Origin: Octopus vulgaris
Taxonomy: Eukaryota
Direction of reading: 5' to 3'
Assembly (NCBI GenBank): GCA_951406725.2
Contig: OX597820.1
Coordinates: 52,576,001 to 52,640,000 of the forward strand
DNA length: 64,000 bases
Below, piece by piece: positions 1-13,530 of this stretch. The notes under the pieces were generated by a model. That model worked only from the letters and a program-made list of their open reading frames with translations, was not told where the DNA came from and did not search any database. Within the stretch, counting starts at the first letter, position 1. Each line of letters opens with the position of its first letter. A program made the translations under genes and the position numbers.

Positions 1-88
1 CATCGAGACCCTACAGATTCAACCAATCTAAAGTTAGGATTTTTTAAAATATAAAATTGAAATGTTATCTATATTTTTTTCATTTTAT

Positions 89-501
89 AAGGCGGCGAGC
101 TGGCAGAAACGTTACCTCGCCGGGCGAAATGCTTAGTGGTGTATCGTCTGCCGTTACGTTCTGAGTTCAAATTCCGCCGAGGTCGACTTTGCCTTTCATC
201 CTTTCGGGGTCGATTAAATAAGTACCAGTTACGCACTGGGGTCTATATCGACTTAATCCGTTTGTCTGTCCTTGTTTGTCCTCTCTGTGTTTAGCCCCTT
301 GTGGGTAGTAAAGAAATAGGTATTTCGTCTGTCATTACGTTCTGAGTTCAAATTCCGCCGAGGTCGACTTTGCCTTTCATCCTTTCGGGGTCGATAAATA
401 CAGTACCAATTTCGCACTGGGGTCAATGTAAAAAACTTACTCCCTTTGCTTGTCCTTGTTTGTCCCCTCTATGTTTAGCCCCTTGTGGGCAGTAGAGAAT
501 A
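89..501 (+). mobile_element. tRNA-derived SINE, family A; full copy plus partial tandem second body
   Basis: Head aaggcggcgagctggcagaaac with A-box-like TGGCAGAAACG and B-box GTTCAAATTCC. Body restarts at ~319. An 18-bp TSD tatatttttttcatttta is at 70-87 and 502-519. Confidence 0.9.
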
Positions 502-647
502 TATATTTTTTTCATTTTAATTGCAACGTGTAAGGAATGTGAAAACATGTTGTCCTTGTTTTTTTACATAGGGCAATAATGCGTGAAATAAAGTTAACGG
601 TTTCAACTGGAATCAGTTACTGCTCCACTGTGAACTTACATATAATA

Positions 648-771
648 TTGATTTCGATTTTGGCACAAGGCCAGCGAGTTTGAGGAAGGAGTAAATCGAT
701 TAAACGAACCTAGTGTTTAACTGGTACTTAATTTATCGACCTCGAAAGGTTGAAAGGCAAATTTGACCTCG
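648..771 (-). mobile_element. SINE family A, 3' fragment
   Basis: Reverse complement of the body ctttgcctttca..cctttcgaggtcgataaattaagtaccag and the tail cttgtgccaaaatcgaaatcaat. Confidence 0.75.
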
Positions 772-1561
772 CATATTAAGCATTATCTTTAATATAGACG
801 CCAGCTTTGAACTTTGGTATAGCGAGCTGGAAAATGAATAGGCCCAAATCTATTTAATCCACCGACACAGCCGGAACAATGTGCTTGATTTGACTAGGGG
901 TGCAAAATCAAAATGTAAAAACGGGAACAAATACTGTAAGTTATATGAAATACATTACAGGTTTAATGATTCTGCTAATCCACCACCTTATCTCAAATCA
1001 AGATTAAATTACAAAATCCTGAGGCATTCATGGAATATTTTTGAGCATATTGGGTGAGTGTTTATCAAATTATATTCAAAAACGCAAATATGGAGCTAGG
1101 ATAAACCAGCTTTTGGAATTGGTATTGCTTTGCCTCATCTCTAATTTCTAACCGCACAACGATCTCTCCGGGGCTTGTAAATTAAGGTTCAGTTTTATAC
1201 CAGGATTGATGCTGTTAATGATACTTTATAAATATTTAGCTTGTACTTCCACTTGAAAAAAGAAAAAAAAATTGTCACAAGTTACAAGATACCTGGTCAA
1301 ACCAAGACAGAGACATTGCATAGTAGAGTCAAACGTACAAAAAAAAACTGTGGGTGTTGTGGAGGTAAAAATATCCTTCTGAATAAATATACTTTATAAA
1401 GGTCAACCATCAAGGTTAAACATCCACGCAGATATAGAGAAAGGTGTGAATGTACTTTGAACGCATCTCTGCGGCTAATACTCTTTAGAAGATCCATTGC
1501 ATTTACAATATCCCAATTCTCTCACACGTAAACGTCTGTTCACAACATTTTTTTTATCTAT

Positions 1562-1790
1562 AAGGCGACGAGATAGATAGCAGATTCGTTAGCGTGCCGG
1601 GCAAAATAATCAACGGTATTTCGTCCGCCTTTAAGTTCTGAGTTCAAATTCTGCCGAGGTCAACTTTGCCTTTCATCCAATTGGGGGTTGATAAAATAAG
1701 TACCAGGTGAGCACCGGGGTGGGGGTCGATGTAATCGTCTTACCCCCGCCCCCAAAATTGCTGGTCTAGCGACAAAATTTTAAACCAATA
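1562..1790 (+). mobile_element. SINE family A, diverged full copy
   Basis: Contains aaggcgacgag head, ttctgagttcaaattctgccgagg B-box region and tail aaattttaaaccaata. Confidence 0.85.
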
Positions 1791-4700
1791 TTTCTTTATC
1801 TTACTCAATGGCATCAAGTCGAGAAAAATTAATGAAAGAATATCCATTGGTACAGAATTACAGAAAAGAGAATATTATTGGAGGAAACACCAGTTACAGT
1901 TTTGATCTTGTTGAATTATATTTCTCAAGAGAGGAGTTAAGTCCCGTTTTTAATCTCAGATCACTTTTCACTGCTGTATGATTCTTGAAATCACCAAGAA
2001 TAAAAATAGTACTTCATTTTCTCTATTTTTTTGTCTTTTTTTTTTTTGTAGGGATAGATGGAGCAAAAGTCTAAAAAATTATGTACAGTATATTTCATGT
2101 CATGAGGAAGAAGTGTGAAGAAGATCGGAGAGAGAGAGAGAGAGCGAGAGAGTAAAAAATAACTGGGACTCAAAACTGAGTATTATACGTCATTTTAATG
2201 CCTGTGAAAAATAAATCTTTGTTCTCTATCTGAAGAAGTATGCAGGGCTCGAAGTTGTAGACTTCTTTTGTTTCTCTCGGTATATATAAATTCCATTTTT
2301 ATATACTTCTTCTATTCTGTAGTTTTATGTGATCTGAGATTATAAACGGGGAGATTTTAACCAACAAGATAATAACTAGTATCTTTACACTGAAATCCAT
2401 ACCAACGGATATCCTTTTATACTTTCAATACTGCCCTGCGTTTTTACGACAAATTTAACTAAGCTATTGAGAGATAAATCCTTCAAAAACAAAAGCAAAA
2501 AACGAAAATGAGAAGCAGTGAGATACGAACTGGTGAACTTTCAGTTCGTATGAAGAAATACTAACAATTTACTCAGGTGCGATACTCACATGGAGACGGG
2601 TATTAATAGCTTCATTTCGAAATTGAAACTGGTATACGAACTTGGTTTATGGTGAGTGTATGACTCCTATGCTATAACACTCGACACAATATTAGAGCAA
2701 AAATATTAATATTTCTACAAGCTGTACCTTAAGATATTCTTCATCGACCCTTCTGGAAATGGTATTTGTTGTTTAATGTTTTCCAATCTCATATGTAAAT
2801 GAAATTTGTTTTTAAAATGTTTCACATAGCAAGAATTTTTGCCTCAGCTGATTTTTTTTTTTTTTTCTCCAGTGGTGTAATATAAAAAACTGGTGCGTTC
2901 TGAAATGTAAGGAAAAGTAAACGTAAGACGTGGAGGCAATAAAGGGTTAGCAAAGGGTGGGGGGTGAGGTGTTTGTGGGAGTAGGCATTTCTGTAGTAAG
3001 CCTAGAACTGCATTTGCCATTTTCTTTCAAAGTGAAAACAATATAATATCTTTTACAGATAATTCTGAGTTCACTCGTCAATCAGAGCGTTGCAAAGTCA
3101 ATGATGTGTTACTTCTGTCGTCGTTGTTGTTAAAGTTTCTCTTCATGCTCTTCTTGTACTCGTGGTTTTGTTCTTGTTATTATGTCTCCTGGCCTTTGTT
3201 ATTGTTTTATTTCATTTATTGTTGTAATAGCATTAGTTATTATTGATAGCGTTGTTATTATTACTATAGATATTGCTGTTATTGTCGAAGTCATCGTTGT
3301 TGATGATGATGATGATAATGTCTTATTTGCATTTATTTAGGATTTTTGTATTATTATTTTTCTCTGTTTTCATTTTGTTTGTATGGTGTGGGGTTGTAAC
3401 TGAAACTTTTGTCTTTTTATTTATTCTTTTTTTTAAGGGGAGGAGCTACAAGAGAAAAATTGGCTGACTACAAGAATTAGCAGATAACATCTGGCAAAGT
3501 AACCATCAGAAACTGAAGATGAACCAGCAGTGCTTTCATTTTGTTAAGGCTGCAATGCCTGGTTTCCGACACCAAACAGCAAAAGCGAGACGTTAGCCTA
3601 AAGTTATTCAGACATATTTTCAAAAATTAAAAGCTTATAATCCGTCTTATATAGAATTATTCAGCAACCGTTAAGTGCACAAGTACCATCACAATTTAGG
3701 AGCTGCAAGCATGCCAGTTATATTAAAAACATCTCTGTGATTCAGATACTTCCAACAACACTACCATAATTTTAGATATTAAGTTACGAAAGCTGGAGTT
3801 AATTTGTTTTAACATTTATAGAGATTTTTTTATTTTACTTTATTAAGTAGATTAGGTATAGTGACATTTTTTGCCACTGGGTAGTTTATGCAGACGTGAC
3901 GTATCCATTTCATGCTTATCTTGTGGTGAGGAGTACAGTTAAAAACATAAGCTTCGGTGTGAGTGTAGATTATCCACTCTGTTGTGTTGAAGACAATTGA
4001 GGTCTTGTTTTTTGTTTTATTTTTTCACTAAAATTTAATCGCAGTTTTATAAGGATTCTACAGACAAATCGCTTGTATTTCAATATTTGAGTTTATGTTG
4101 CTCGGTGTGAAATTCTCAAGCAACATCTTGGTCACTTGGTACATTTATGTCCTGCTGAAAATCCAACATTGACTAGAGCAGCGTCCGTTCATGGAAGAAA
4201 ACTTCTTTCATCCGCTCACCACCAAGGCAGTACGAGGCGAGAACAGGCCTATTAGCTCCAATGGATCCATAGGCACATCAACTGAATAGTTTACTAGAAT
4301 ATAAATGAAATAAATTTAGGTTCATGGGAAAGAGAGGAACTAACAAATCATCTGTGAGGAATCGGAAAATTGTCAAAGCGATTGGAAAAAATTGGACGAT
4401 ATAAGGTACATTCGAAGAGAGTAGAAGGATGTAGATAATATATATTTCTTAAAAAGGCATATGTCTTCAATGAGCGCGTGCGCACACTCACACACACGTG
4501 TGTATGTGTGTGCTAAAAGATATTATTTGGAAAATTCGGGCACTTCAAACCGATGGGAAAATTCTCATAAATTGAGTTGTTTAGAACATTAAGGGCTGAA
4601 TCAATGAATTTCAATTTCCAATTATTTACGTTTAATAGAAATGTGTACAGTACTGGATTTCATTATATATAAACACTGTTTTGAAGATAATGAGTCCAAC

Positions 4701-5600
4701 AAAGGAATTGGGTACCATGACTCTAAGAAATATGGTAAATGAAAGGAAAGTTTTGAATGAATGAATGAAGGGAGATATATCCGGGTTTTAAGGGGTGCAG
4801 TGTGTGAGACGGATCAAAATATTTATGTAGCAAACTAAAGCTCTTATTGAATCTTAAATTTAGAAAGCAAACTTTTTTAACGTCTAAAATGGTTTCATGC
4901 TGCAATGCTACAGAAAATTCTCATCAGACAAGAGTTAAAGCAATGCTTTACTTCATTGGAATATCCGTCCAAATAGGAAGTGTTCAGAAATGAAGTTTAC
5001 CAAATTACAAAGAAATATTGTTATTAAAAAATCCCTGCATATGCACTGACAAAACGAAGAGAATGTGCATATATCAAGTATATTGTCCTTGTTGCTTACA
5101 ACTCTCTAAACAAGTTTGTCAAAAAAAGTTTTTAATTGGTACAGTGCAAATCTGCCTGCTCAAAGATTAAATAAGAATTTATAAGAAAGAAAAATATAGT
5201 TAAATTGAAAAGTAGATGGATTCTCCAGGCAGCATACAACTAAAATAATATTAAGGAGTTCCCTTGCAATAAATTAACGTTACAGTCATCGATTATTTTA
5301 TTTATTTATTCATTTTTGTGCTCCGGTTTGAAATTTAGCATTGCAATGTACTTTTAATGATACAAATACAATCATTTGTAGTTTCGCAAATATTTTAGAG
5401 CTTCACGAGAATGTTCATCAAATTCTGAAGTATTCCCTTTGGAAATTATTTCAAAAGATCCAGTAAAATTTCTTGAGAAACCACATTGATTCAGTGAAGT
5501 AAGAGCTGCTTTTCACAAACCTAGACAAAGTTCTTGATATTGACAGCATTCTGGCAGGTGTACTCAAATTAGATGGGAATAAGATGCTAGAACTTTTCCA

Positions 5601-5644
<44 letters not shown>

Positions 5645-8149
5645 GGGTCGGGGAGGGTACACCTCCTCAAAACTGCAGTGGTGTTTTTCTGGAGTTGCAC
5701 AAACAAAATGGTGATGAAGACGTGTTCATTTTCCACCACTGCGTTGTAAAATATTGAGTACAATTTCTCATGATAGGTTCATTAATCATGTGGTGACGTA
5801 TCTTGTTTCTGAGTTTCAATCACGTTTTCGAGCTTGATGAGGAATTAATGACATAATCGTTTCCGTTCGTGAACTACAAAAGAGATGCTTTGAGCAAAAA
5901 ATTTTTCTTTGTCGCTGTTTCATCGGCACCACAAAGGCCTTCCTTTTGGTGAATCGTGATTTGTTATAAACGAATGCCAACAAAGTCTGTCGTACTGATA
6001 ATTTCACAAATATTATCATTTTGACGTGAATGGTATTGAATAAATAAACTCACGATGACAGACGAGGAAAATAAAATTCATAAGTATCAATAATCTCTTT
6101 AGATTATTCAATTCTAATTGTATTTGTCTGTTTAATTTGTCTATCATTAAAAGACAAATTTGTTTAAAGCTGGTCTTGCCTAGTTATGGATACATGAACC
6201 AATCCACGCTGGTTCGCTACGTCAATGAACATGCACCGGACCATCATTTAATAAATGTTTTTCGATTGGTAGTATGAACCGATATACCAGGTATACACAA
6301 TGCCAAATTTCACAATTCTGCATGGTATTTTGTTAAGTATAAACTTTATACAATAGAATTGAGAAAATAAAAGATATTCGTTTTGGGGTTTGGTTTGCAA
6401 GATTCTTTATATGATGGTGGGGAACAAACACAGTCACACAAAACTACACACAGAGAGACTTTGTGTTTAAACAGTTTACAAAAATGTATTCAAAATAGAT
6501 AGTAAAATAATTCATAATTATTTATAAGTTCAACAAAAATCACGATTGTATATAAGCATATATACAGAAATAATTTGTAGACAGTATTTGATAGGAGGAG
6601 GCGTGTATTGCTTAGTCAACCCTCATCAGAAATCATATTTAGATATTAAAAATATTGCATTTCTAAATCTCTCAGAGAGAGCTATGCAGTAATAGCACGA
6701 TAAAGTGATGGCTTGCTGCCAACTTAATGTGGCATTCCCAGGAAAGGGAAGAATGCTACTGCTATTTAGCTCCAAGAATCTCCGATTGTAATTGGCTATG
6801 TGACACAAACGTTCTGTGCCCTTAAGTTTTCAAACAGGGGAGATAAGCACCGCCACCCAACGAAGCCAGTATACAGAGACTAGTTTCAAGGTAGTTGTTC
6901 TTCATCTGTCTAGAGTAACTTGGCTTTGCTACCTGTCGGTGCTGTTGAAAACTTATAGAATTTCAAGTGAAATAAATTCACTGATCTACAAAATTAGAAA
7001 TATTACACGTCTAAATCACTCAGAGAAAGTTATGCAGTGGCAGCACGATAAAGTGATGGATTGTTGCCAACTTAATGTGGCAGTCCCAGGAAAGAGAAGA
7101 ATGCTGCTTCTTTTTAGCCCCAAGAAACACCGTTTCTATTTCCCTACGTGACACATGAGTTCTGTGTTCTAAGAATGTGCGTATGTGTGTGTGTCTGTGA
7201 CAGTTTGTTGCGATTATTGGAATTGTATTGCGTGTGTATATGAGAGTATTTTTTTCTTTGAGGGCGTGTGTAAAAAAACCTCTGTGTGTGTGTGTTTTTA
7301 TAATGTATGCACTCAGATGCCTGTCCAAAATTTCGTTTTGAACTTCCTTAGTCCCCCTTGCACGTTCTTCACTGCCCCTGTTTAACTTATTGTTTCCTTT
7401 TAATATTTTAGGCTTTTTGCTTTTCTCTCCAATATCGAATTTTGTATGAGGATTTGAAACTTCGATTACTTTTAGAAAACGTTCCTTTGGTATGCATACA
7501 ATGTTTATAAGACAGTGTCTCTGCGTATCCCCATTCTATATCATTTATATGGATATTTTAGCAGATAATACCATGTGTGGTCAAACTTTGACCATTTGTA
7601 GGTGAAAATTTCTTCACTGAAAGTTGTTTATATTTGTCGTTTAATGGATATATCTATACACGTTACGTGCATTAAAAACATAAATATATAAGAATATTAA
7701 ATAAGATGTAAAAGAAAGTAAAAGATTGAAATAAAACCATCTTTTATGATAGGATGATAAAAATGTTGATGGGTTGACGAAGATAACTTAATGTTTAGCG
7801 AGATAGAGTAAGCATACCATGCTGAGTTTTTGCGAAATATCATCCAGAATAACATAAAATCGGTATATAGTTAAATATAAGAAATACAAACCATAAATAT
7901 AAATGATTCAAAATGTGTAAAATATCTTCATCCGTATTATTTATTCTTCAATAATCCGAGGCTTTCAAGAAGTTATAATAGCTTCATAAATATTAGATTC
8001 TTATTACTAAACACAAAGGGCTATATTTCTGGGGAAGTGGGTGAGAATTCGACTTTTATGTTTTTATCCTAAAGTATCTGTGGTGTAAATCAACTGAAAT
8101 TTACGTCAACTCAGAACCGAAAGATGGTATAGACACACTCGACTCACAA

Positions 8150-8286
<137 letters not shown>

Positions 8287-9051
8287 TGCACAAATATATA
8301 TTCATATACAGATATTCTTCTACATATATGTGTGTCTTATTTACATTTATCCACACGCACGTAAACACATACACATCCACACACACATATGTGTATATCG
8401 ACATATATATAAACAGAATAATCTATCAGAAATAAAACACCCACACACACAAATACAATGGCGTCTATCTCCTTCCGCACATTTCTCGCCCAAACGTTGT
8501 GAAGAATTCCTTCATCTTTTAAGCCATAAATTTTTTAGATAACAATAATGAAATCTTTCTGTGATATCAAATCGTTTGGTATTATTGGTTTGGTGTCGTT
8601 GTGCTGTCCCAGGACGTGCAATCACCTATGACTAACACAACTAATACAAACATCAGCAAATAAATCTAATACTTCGCACTTAAAAATTCAAACTGCTATA
8701 ATATTGCGTTTTTCCATCATGCTTTCATAGACGTTAATTCTCTGAAGACTTATATCTTCGACCTCTTCAAAATCGCTTCAAGTTTATTGCATTGAAATCA
8801 AATATTTTGTTCTTTAATGCTATGTCAAACGCTAAATATTATTTACTCCTTTTGAGCAAAGTAAAACGTGCCGATAAAGTGTACATAATAGAAAAGTTAA
8901 AACTGTGAAAACCTAAATAAGTTTAAAGTTCAGTCTAACTGGGTTTTTACGTTTTCATCTACTTTTATTTGATCAAATCCAGTTTCTTTTTCAGTTAAGA
9001 CTTTACGCATTTGGTTACACACATACACACATACACACACGCACACACACA

Positions 9052-9138
<87 letters not shown>

Positions 9139-10626
9139 GGATGAAAAATTGAATATTTATTTGATTAATATCAATTTTAAACCAGTGGTTTAGCATATAG
9201 AAAAATCTGAAGATTAAGAAAAATTATATTACTTACATATAAGGGGGATGTCCACTAAGTGGACATCCATTATGCTAGAAGTCGACCCCCTATGGTCTTA
9301 CCTCTAACAAAGGAATGTTCTCAGGAAATTTTAGCAGACGTCAGAACGTAAGCGTGCAAGACAGTTGAAAAGATACAAAATATACAGATTAATCACAAAT
9401 CCGGTTTCGTTGTTACCACTTAAGTATTTACTTACGTCACAACTCGTCAGTGTGATAGTCATAGCAAAGTATAATTTGCAGAACTATACACGGGGCGTTC
9501 GCATGAGATTGAATATGTATATAGTTCTACCAATTACATTTGGGGTTATATTTCAAAAGTCTTCGTTTTGGCGCGCTAAAATACCGGAAACAATTCTGCA
9601 GAAAATAATTCTCTACAGTGAATTTTGCCGGTTAGAGTACATAGTTATTTTAATTGAAATTTAAAGTAATAAGGGTGAAAAATTGAATATTTATTTGATT
9701 AATATCAAATAAATATCTTGTTCTCAAGAAAATGTAGCAAACGCCAGAACGTAAGCGAGCAAGACAAATGAAAAGATACAAAATATACAGAATAATCACA
9801 AACTCGTTACGTTCTCGTGTTTGCTAAATTTGAGAGTGTGTAAGTGTGTGCGAGCGTATAGGGGCTGGGGATTTAGACATGTGGATGTGTGCGTGTGTAA
9901 GTCTGTGCGTCTGTAATGTGTGGGTATATGGATGATGATGTGGGTGCTGGGAAGTGGTCAGTGGTAGTGTGTGCGGAGTGGTGTGCGGGGTGTGATGTGG
10001 TGTGGCGGTGGGGGTGTGTGGGAATGTGAAGGTGGGGTGTGAGTTGGGGTGATGGTAGAGGGGTGGGGAATGTGGGAGTAAGATGTGTGGTGGTAAGGTG
10101 TGGATGTAGGGGGTATCAATGAAGGAAGAAGGTGGGCAGAAGGAAAGAGAGGAAGTAGGTGTCAGGGCAGGAGCGGAGAGGAGAGACGGGTAGGAGTAAA
10201 GAGAGGAAGTATGTATCAGTTGGGGAGAGAAGGGGAGTTGAGCCCATGTGGGGCAAAGGAGCGAAGAGAGAAGCTTAATTCCTGTTCACATGATTGAACG
10301 TTCTGGAGATTGTGTCAAATAATTAGATATAAAAGTTGTAACTAACGCTTCCTTTACTTTATAAGTAATTCTCTCTTAAGTGAAGGATCTAATTTGATTC
10401 ATGATAAGCAGTGAGAATTTTTGAAATGTGGATCTTAAGTGAACTATTCTTATTTGAATCGATGCGGTTGCTACTTTCAGTGTTCGGAGGTGTCTATAAC
10501 ACAACACACCCTACTGTGACTTCAGTCAATATACATAATTAAGTGTGTATTATTACACAGTGAATTAGCGAATATTCTCTAAGAGGATATATATACAAAT
10601 ATACACACGTACACACACACCATCTG

Positions 10627-10830
10627 ATATTGGTTTCAAATTTTGGTACGCGGTCGCCAAGCTGGGCGAGAGTTAGTCGATTACGTCGACCCAAAACTTC
10701 AACTAATGCCTATTTCATCGGCCCCGAAAGAATGAAAGGCAAAGTCGACCTTGGCCGAATGTGAACTCAGAACGTAAAGATGGACGAAATACTGCTAAGA
10801 ACTTTGCCTGGCTCGCGCTTCCGCACCACC
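10627..10830 (-). mobile_element. SINE family A
   Basis: Contains gaatgaaaggcaaagtcgaccttggccgaatgtgaactcagaacgtaa, the reverse complement of the family body. Confidence 0.85.
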
Positions 10831-13254
10831 TGATATTATTTCGCGATAAGCTGAGTGCCATGGAAGCAAAATAATTACTACTTATTTAGAATGAACTAAA
10901 TTTAGGTAAAATTTATCATTAAAAGCAGCAATGGCAATATTTCATTATCTTACGTTGCTGAGTTCAATTATTGACATCTACATTGAAAAGGTGACAGAAG
11001 CTCGCCCTTGAGACTTCGTCTCTCAAAATTTCTTAGATGCTCTTATCTTTAAAGGCAACAGTTATCAATCGATTCATTGACTCATAATCGTCTTTATAAA
11101 CATTACTATGATTTCAATTATTTTGGATTGAAACTATTGAAAATTGCTTTAGATTAATGGCTTCATTCGTCAGACTTCATGCAGTTTGTCAGACTTTATA
11201 GTAACACTGCTTTTTATGTGTTTACAACACGGGCTTACACTATAACCAAAAAATGAAACACAATAAGTTTGTAAAAGAAATATGAAGAAAAATTGCTTCT
11301 CTTAAGGCCCTAAATTTTCATTGCACTATAATATCAGTTACATATCTCATAAATAAGAGAATTTTGGAATTTTTGCACGTCAATGTGGTTGAAAATTCAG
11401 AATATCATTCTCCAACCATATTACTGACTCAGTCAAAATTATTGTAACACGGTTCAAACGGGTTTATTTCGGTTTGTTTTCAAGGTTCAGATTGCAATAT
11501 CCACCATACGGATGAATTAGTCGTGTTTCTTGTTTTGTTTTGTTAGCTTAAAGTTAATTGCATATTTTAAATACTAACTCACTGACCTTTCGAATCCGTA
11601 TTAACTGGTAACTATTTAAAATTCAATATATATAGCTTCATAACGTATCATATATTATGCACCAGAATATATAAACCAACTTAATACTTTATATTTCGCT
11701 GTAACATAACTTTTGGACTTATGAACATTTACAACTCATTAACAAATGGTATGTAACCTGGGGCGATATTATATTTCTTCATATTTCTCGTTGTTATATG
11801 TTAAAATCGAATTGGTGACACTGTAATAGCAGCAGAAATATCTGAGTGCATGAAATCGAGTCCAACAAGCAGTAAATAAGCAGAAGAGACATAACAAAAA
11901 GAAAAAGAAAAAAGCAAGAACACATAAAAGCACTTCACTAAATAACTTACTCCGTCTATGTTCATTGTTCAAATGCTATCGGGTTCAGCTTTATATTGCA
12001 AAACTCAGAGATCGATCAAATAAGTGACTAATAATTTGGCTAGTGTTGCATAAAATGACTATACTATATCCATTATCCATAAAAAGTTCCTCTGTACCCA
12101 ATCTAGTAAAAATAAATATAACTGCGTTTCTCTCGGAGGAAGATATTGAGACGACTATTGGCACACATGACAACAAAGCAAGAAAATAAATACCATAAAA
12201 CATGTCGGCGAAGAAGTAATAAACTCAGTGAAACTAAAGTATAAGTGAGCTGAGGTACGATCGCTGTGTTTTAACTTACTTCAGAAATTAAATAAGAAAT
12301 CGACGCCATATATGTGTGGCGGCGCCTGGTCTAATAGTAATGCAACTTAATTCTTCAATATATTGTCTTGTGTTCGTTTTGCGGTCATGTAAGGTAATTT
12401 ATTTTAGTAACCCAGTTCACCAACAAAGAGTCTGGAAATTGGTAGAGAAATGCTCAGTGTCAAATCAGTGCACCAGCGCCAAGGATTCAGTGGTAAGTCC
12501 TAAAAACTACAGTGGAGAAGAAGGATATGTCTGCGTCTAGTAATGGAATGCTATATCTTAGCTTCCCTTTTTTTTTGTTTATAAATGCAATCTTTTCTCA
12601 AATTGAAATTATGTACTGTAGAATCGTAAAAGAGAATTAGGGAGGAAGATATCCTGAGACCAAAGACCTGGTTCCAATGCTTGAAATGGAGTGGAGACAT
12701 CATCAACAGCAGTCAAGGTACGGATGTTGGTGATAAACCAGGTAATGGGTCAGGTCTATCACCCAAATATGCAAATTTGGGATTTAAAATCTGAATATAA
12801 GAGACTAAATGTACATCTTGGCATTATTTTCGACATTCATGCCGATCCACCAATTCACCACCCTGGACGGGTGTTTCTTTTTGTGTTCTTTGCGAAAGAA
12901 TCAAATGTAAAGATGACCCCGGAGGGATTTGAGCACGTTACACCTTTCTTCATTATGCGTTTGCATTGGTGTAAAACGTAAATATTGAACTTTTTACTTA
13001 ATGTTATCGATGATAGCTGATGGATGATTTAATTCCTGGCTTGGTGTTAAAAAAAAAGCATCACTTGACCCTTTGATTGACTTTAGTGGAGTTCAATCTG
13101 TCAAAAAAAAAAAAAACGTTTAGGTCATGTCTGTGATCTGAGTTGAACTTCCTGCCTTTTTCTCACCGGTTTCAGAGGCTCTGAAAACCGTCACGAGGGG
13201 GATGCCCTGCTTTCTCTGACAAAGCAATTACAAAATTCATATGACAGCATTAAG

Positions 13255-13328
13255 TGGTGGTGCTGGGAGATGGTGGTAGTAGTGAGAGGTAGTAGTAATA
13301 GTGATGATGGTAGGAGAAGGTAGTGGTG

Positions 13329-13380
<52 letters not shown>

Positions 13381-13478
13381 CGGAGGTGGTAGTTGTAGTA
13401 GTAGTAGCAGTAGTGGTGGTAGTAGTTGTAGTAGTAGTAGCAGTAGTGGTAGTAGTAGTAGTGGTGGTGGTGGTAGTT

Positions 13479-13511
<33 letters not shown>

Positions 13512-13530
13512 AAGGTGGTGGTGGTGGCGG
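13255..13530. repeat. (TAG/TGG)n trinucleotide low-complexity tract
   Basis: Direct reading. It explains the poly-T, poly-S and poly-V ORFs. Confidence 0.95.

Noticed and set aside
5700-6050. hAT-like transposase relic (LVSEFQSRF)
   Set aside because: Only one short motif with adjacent stops, which is not enough to call.
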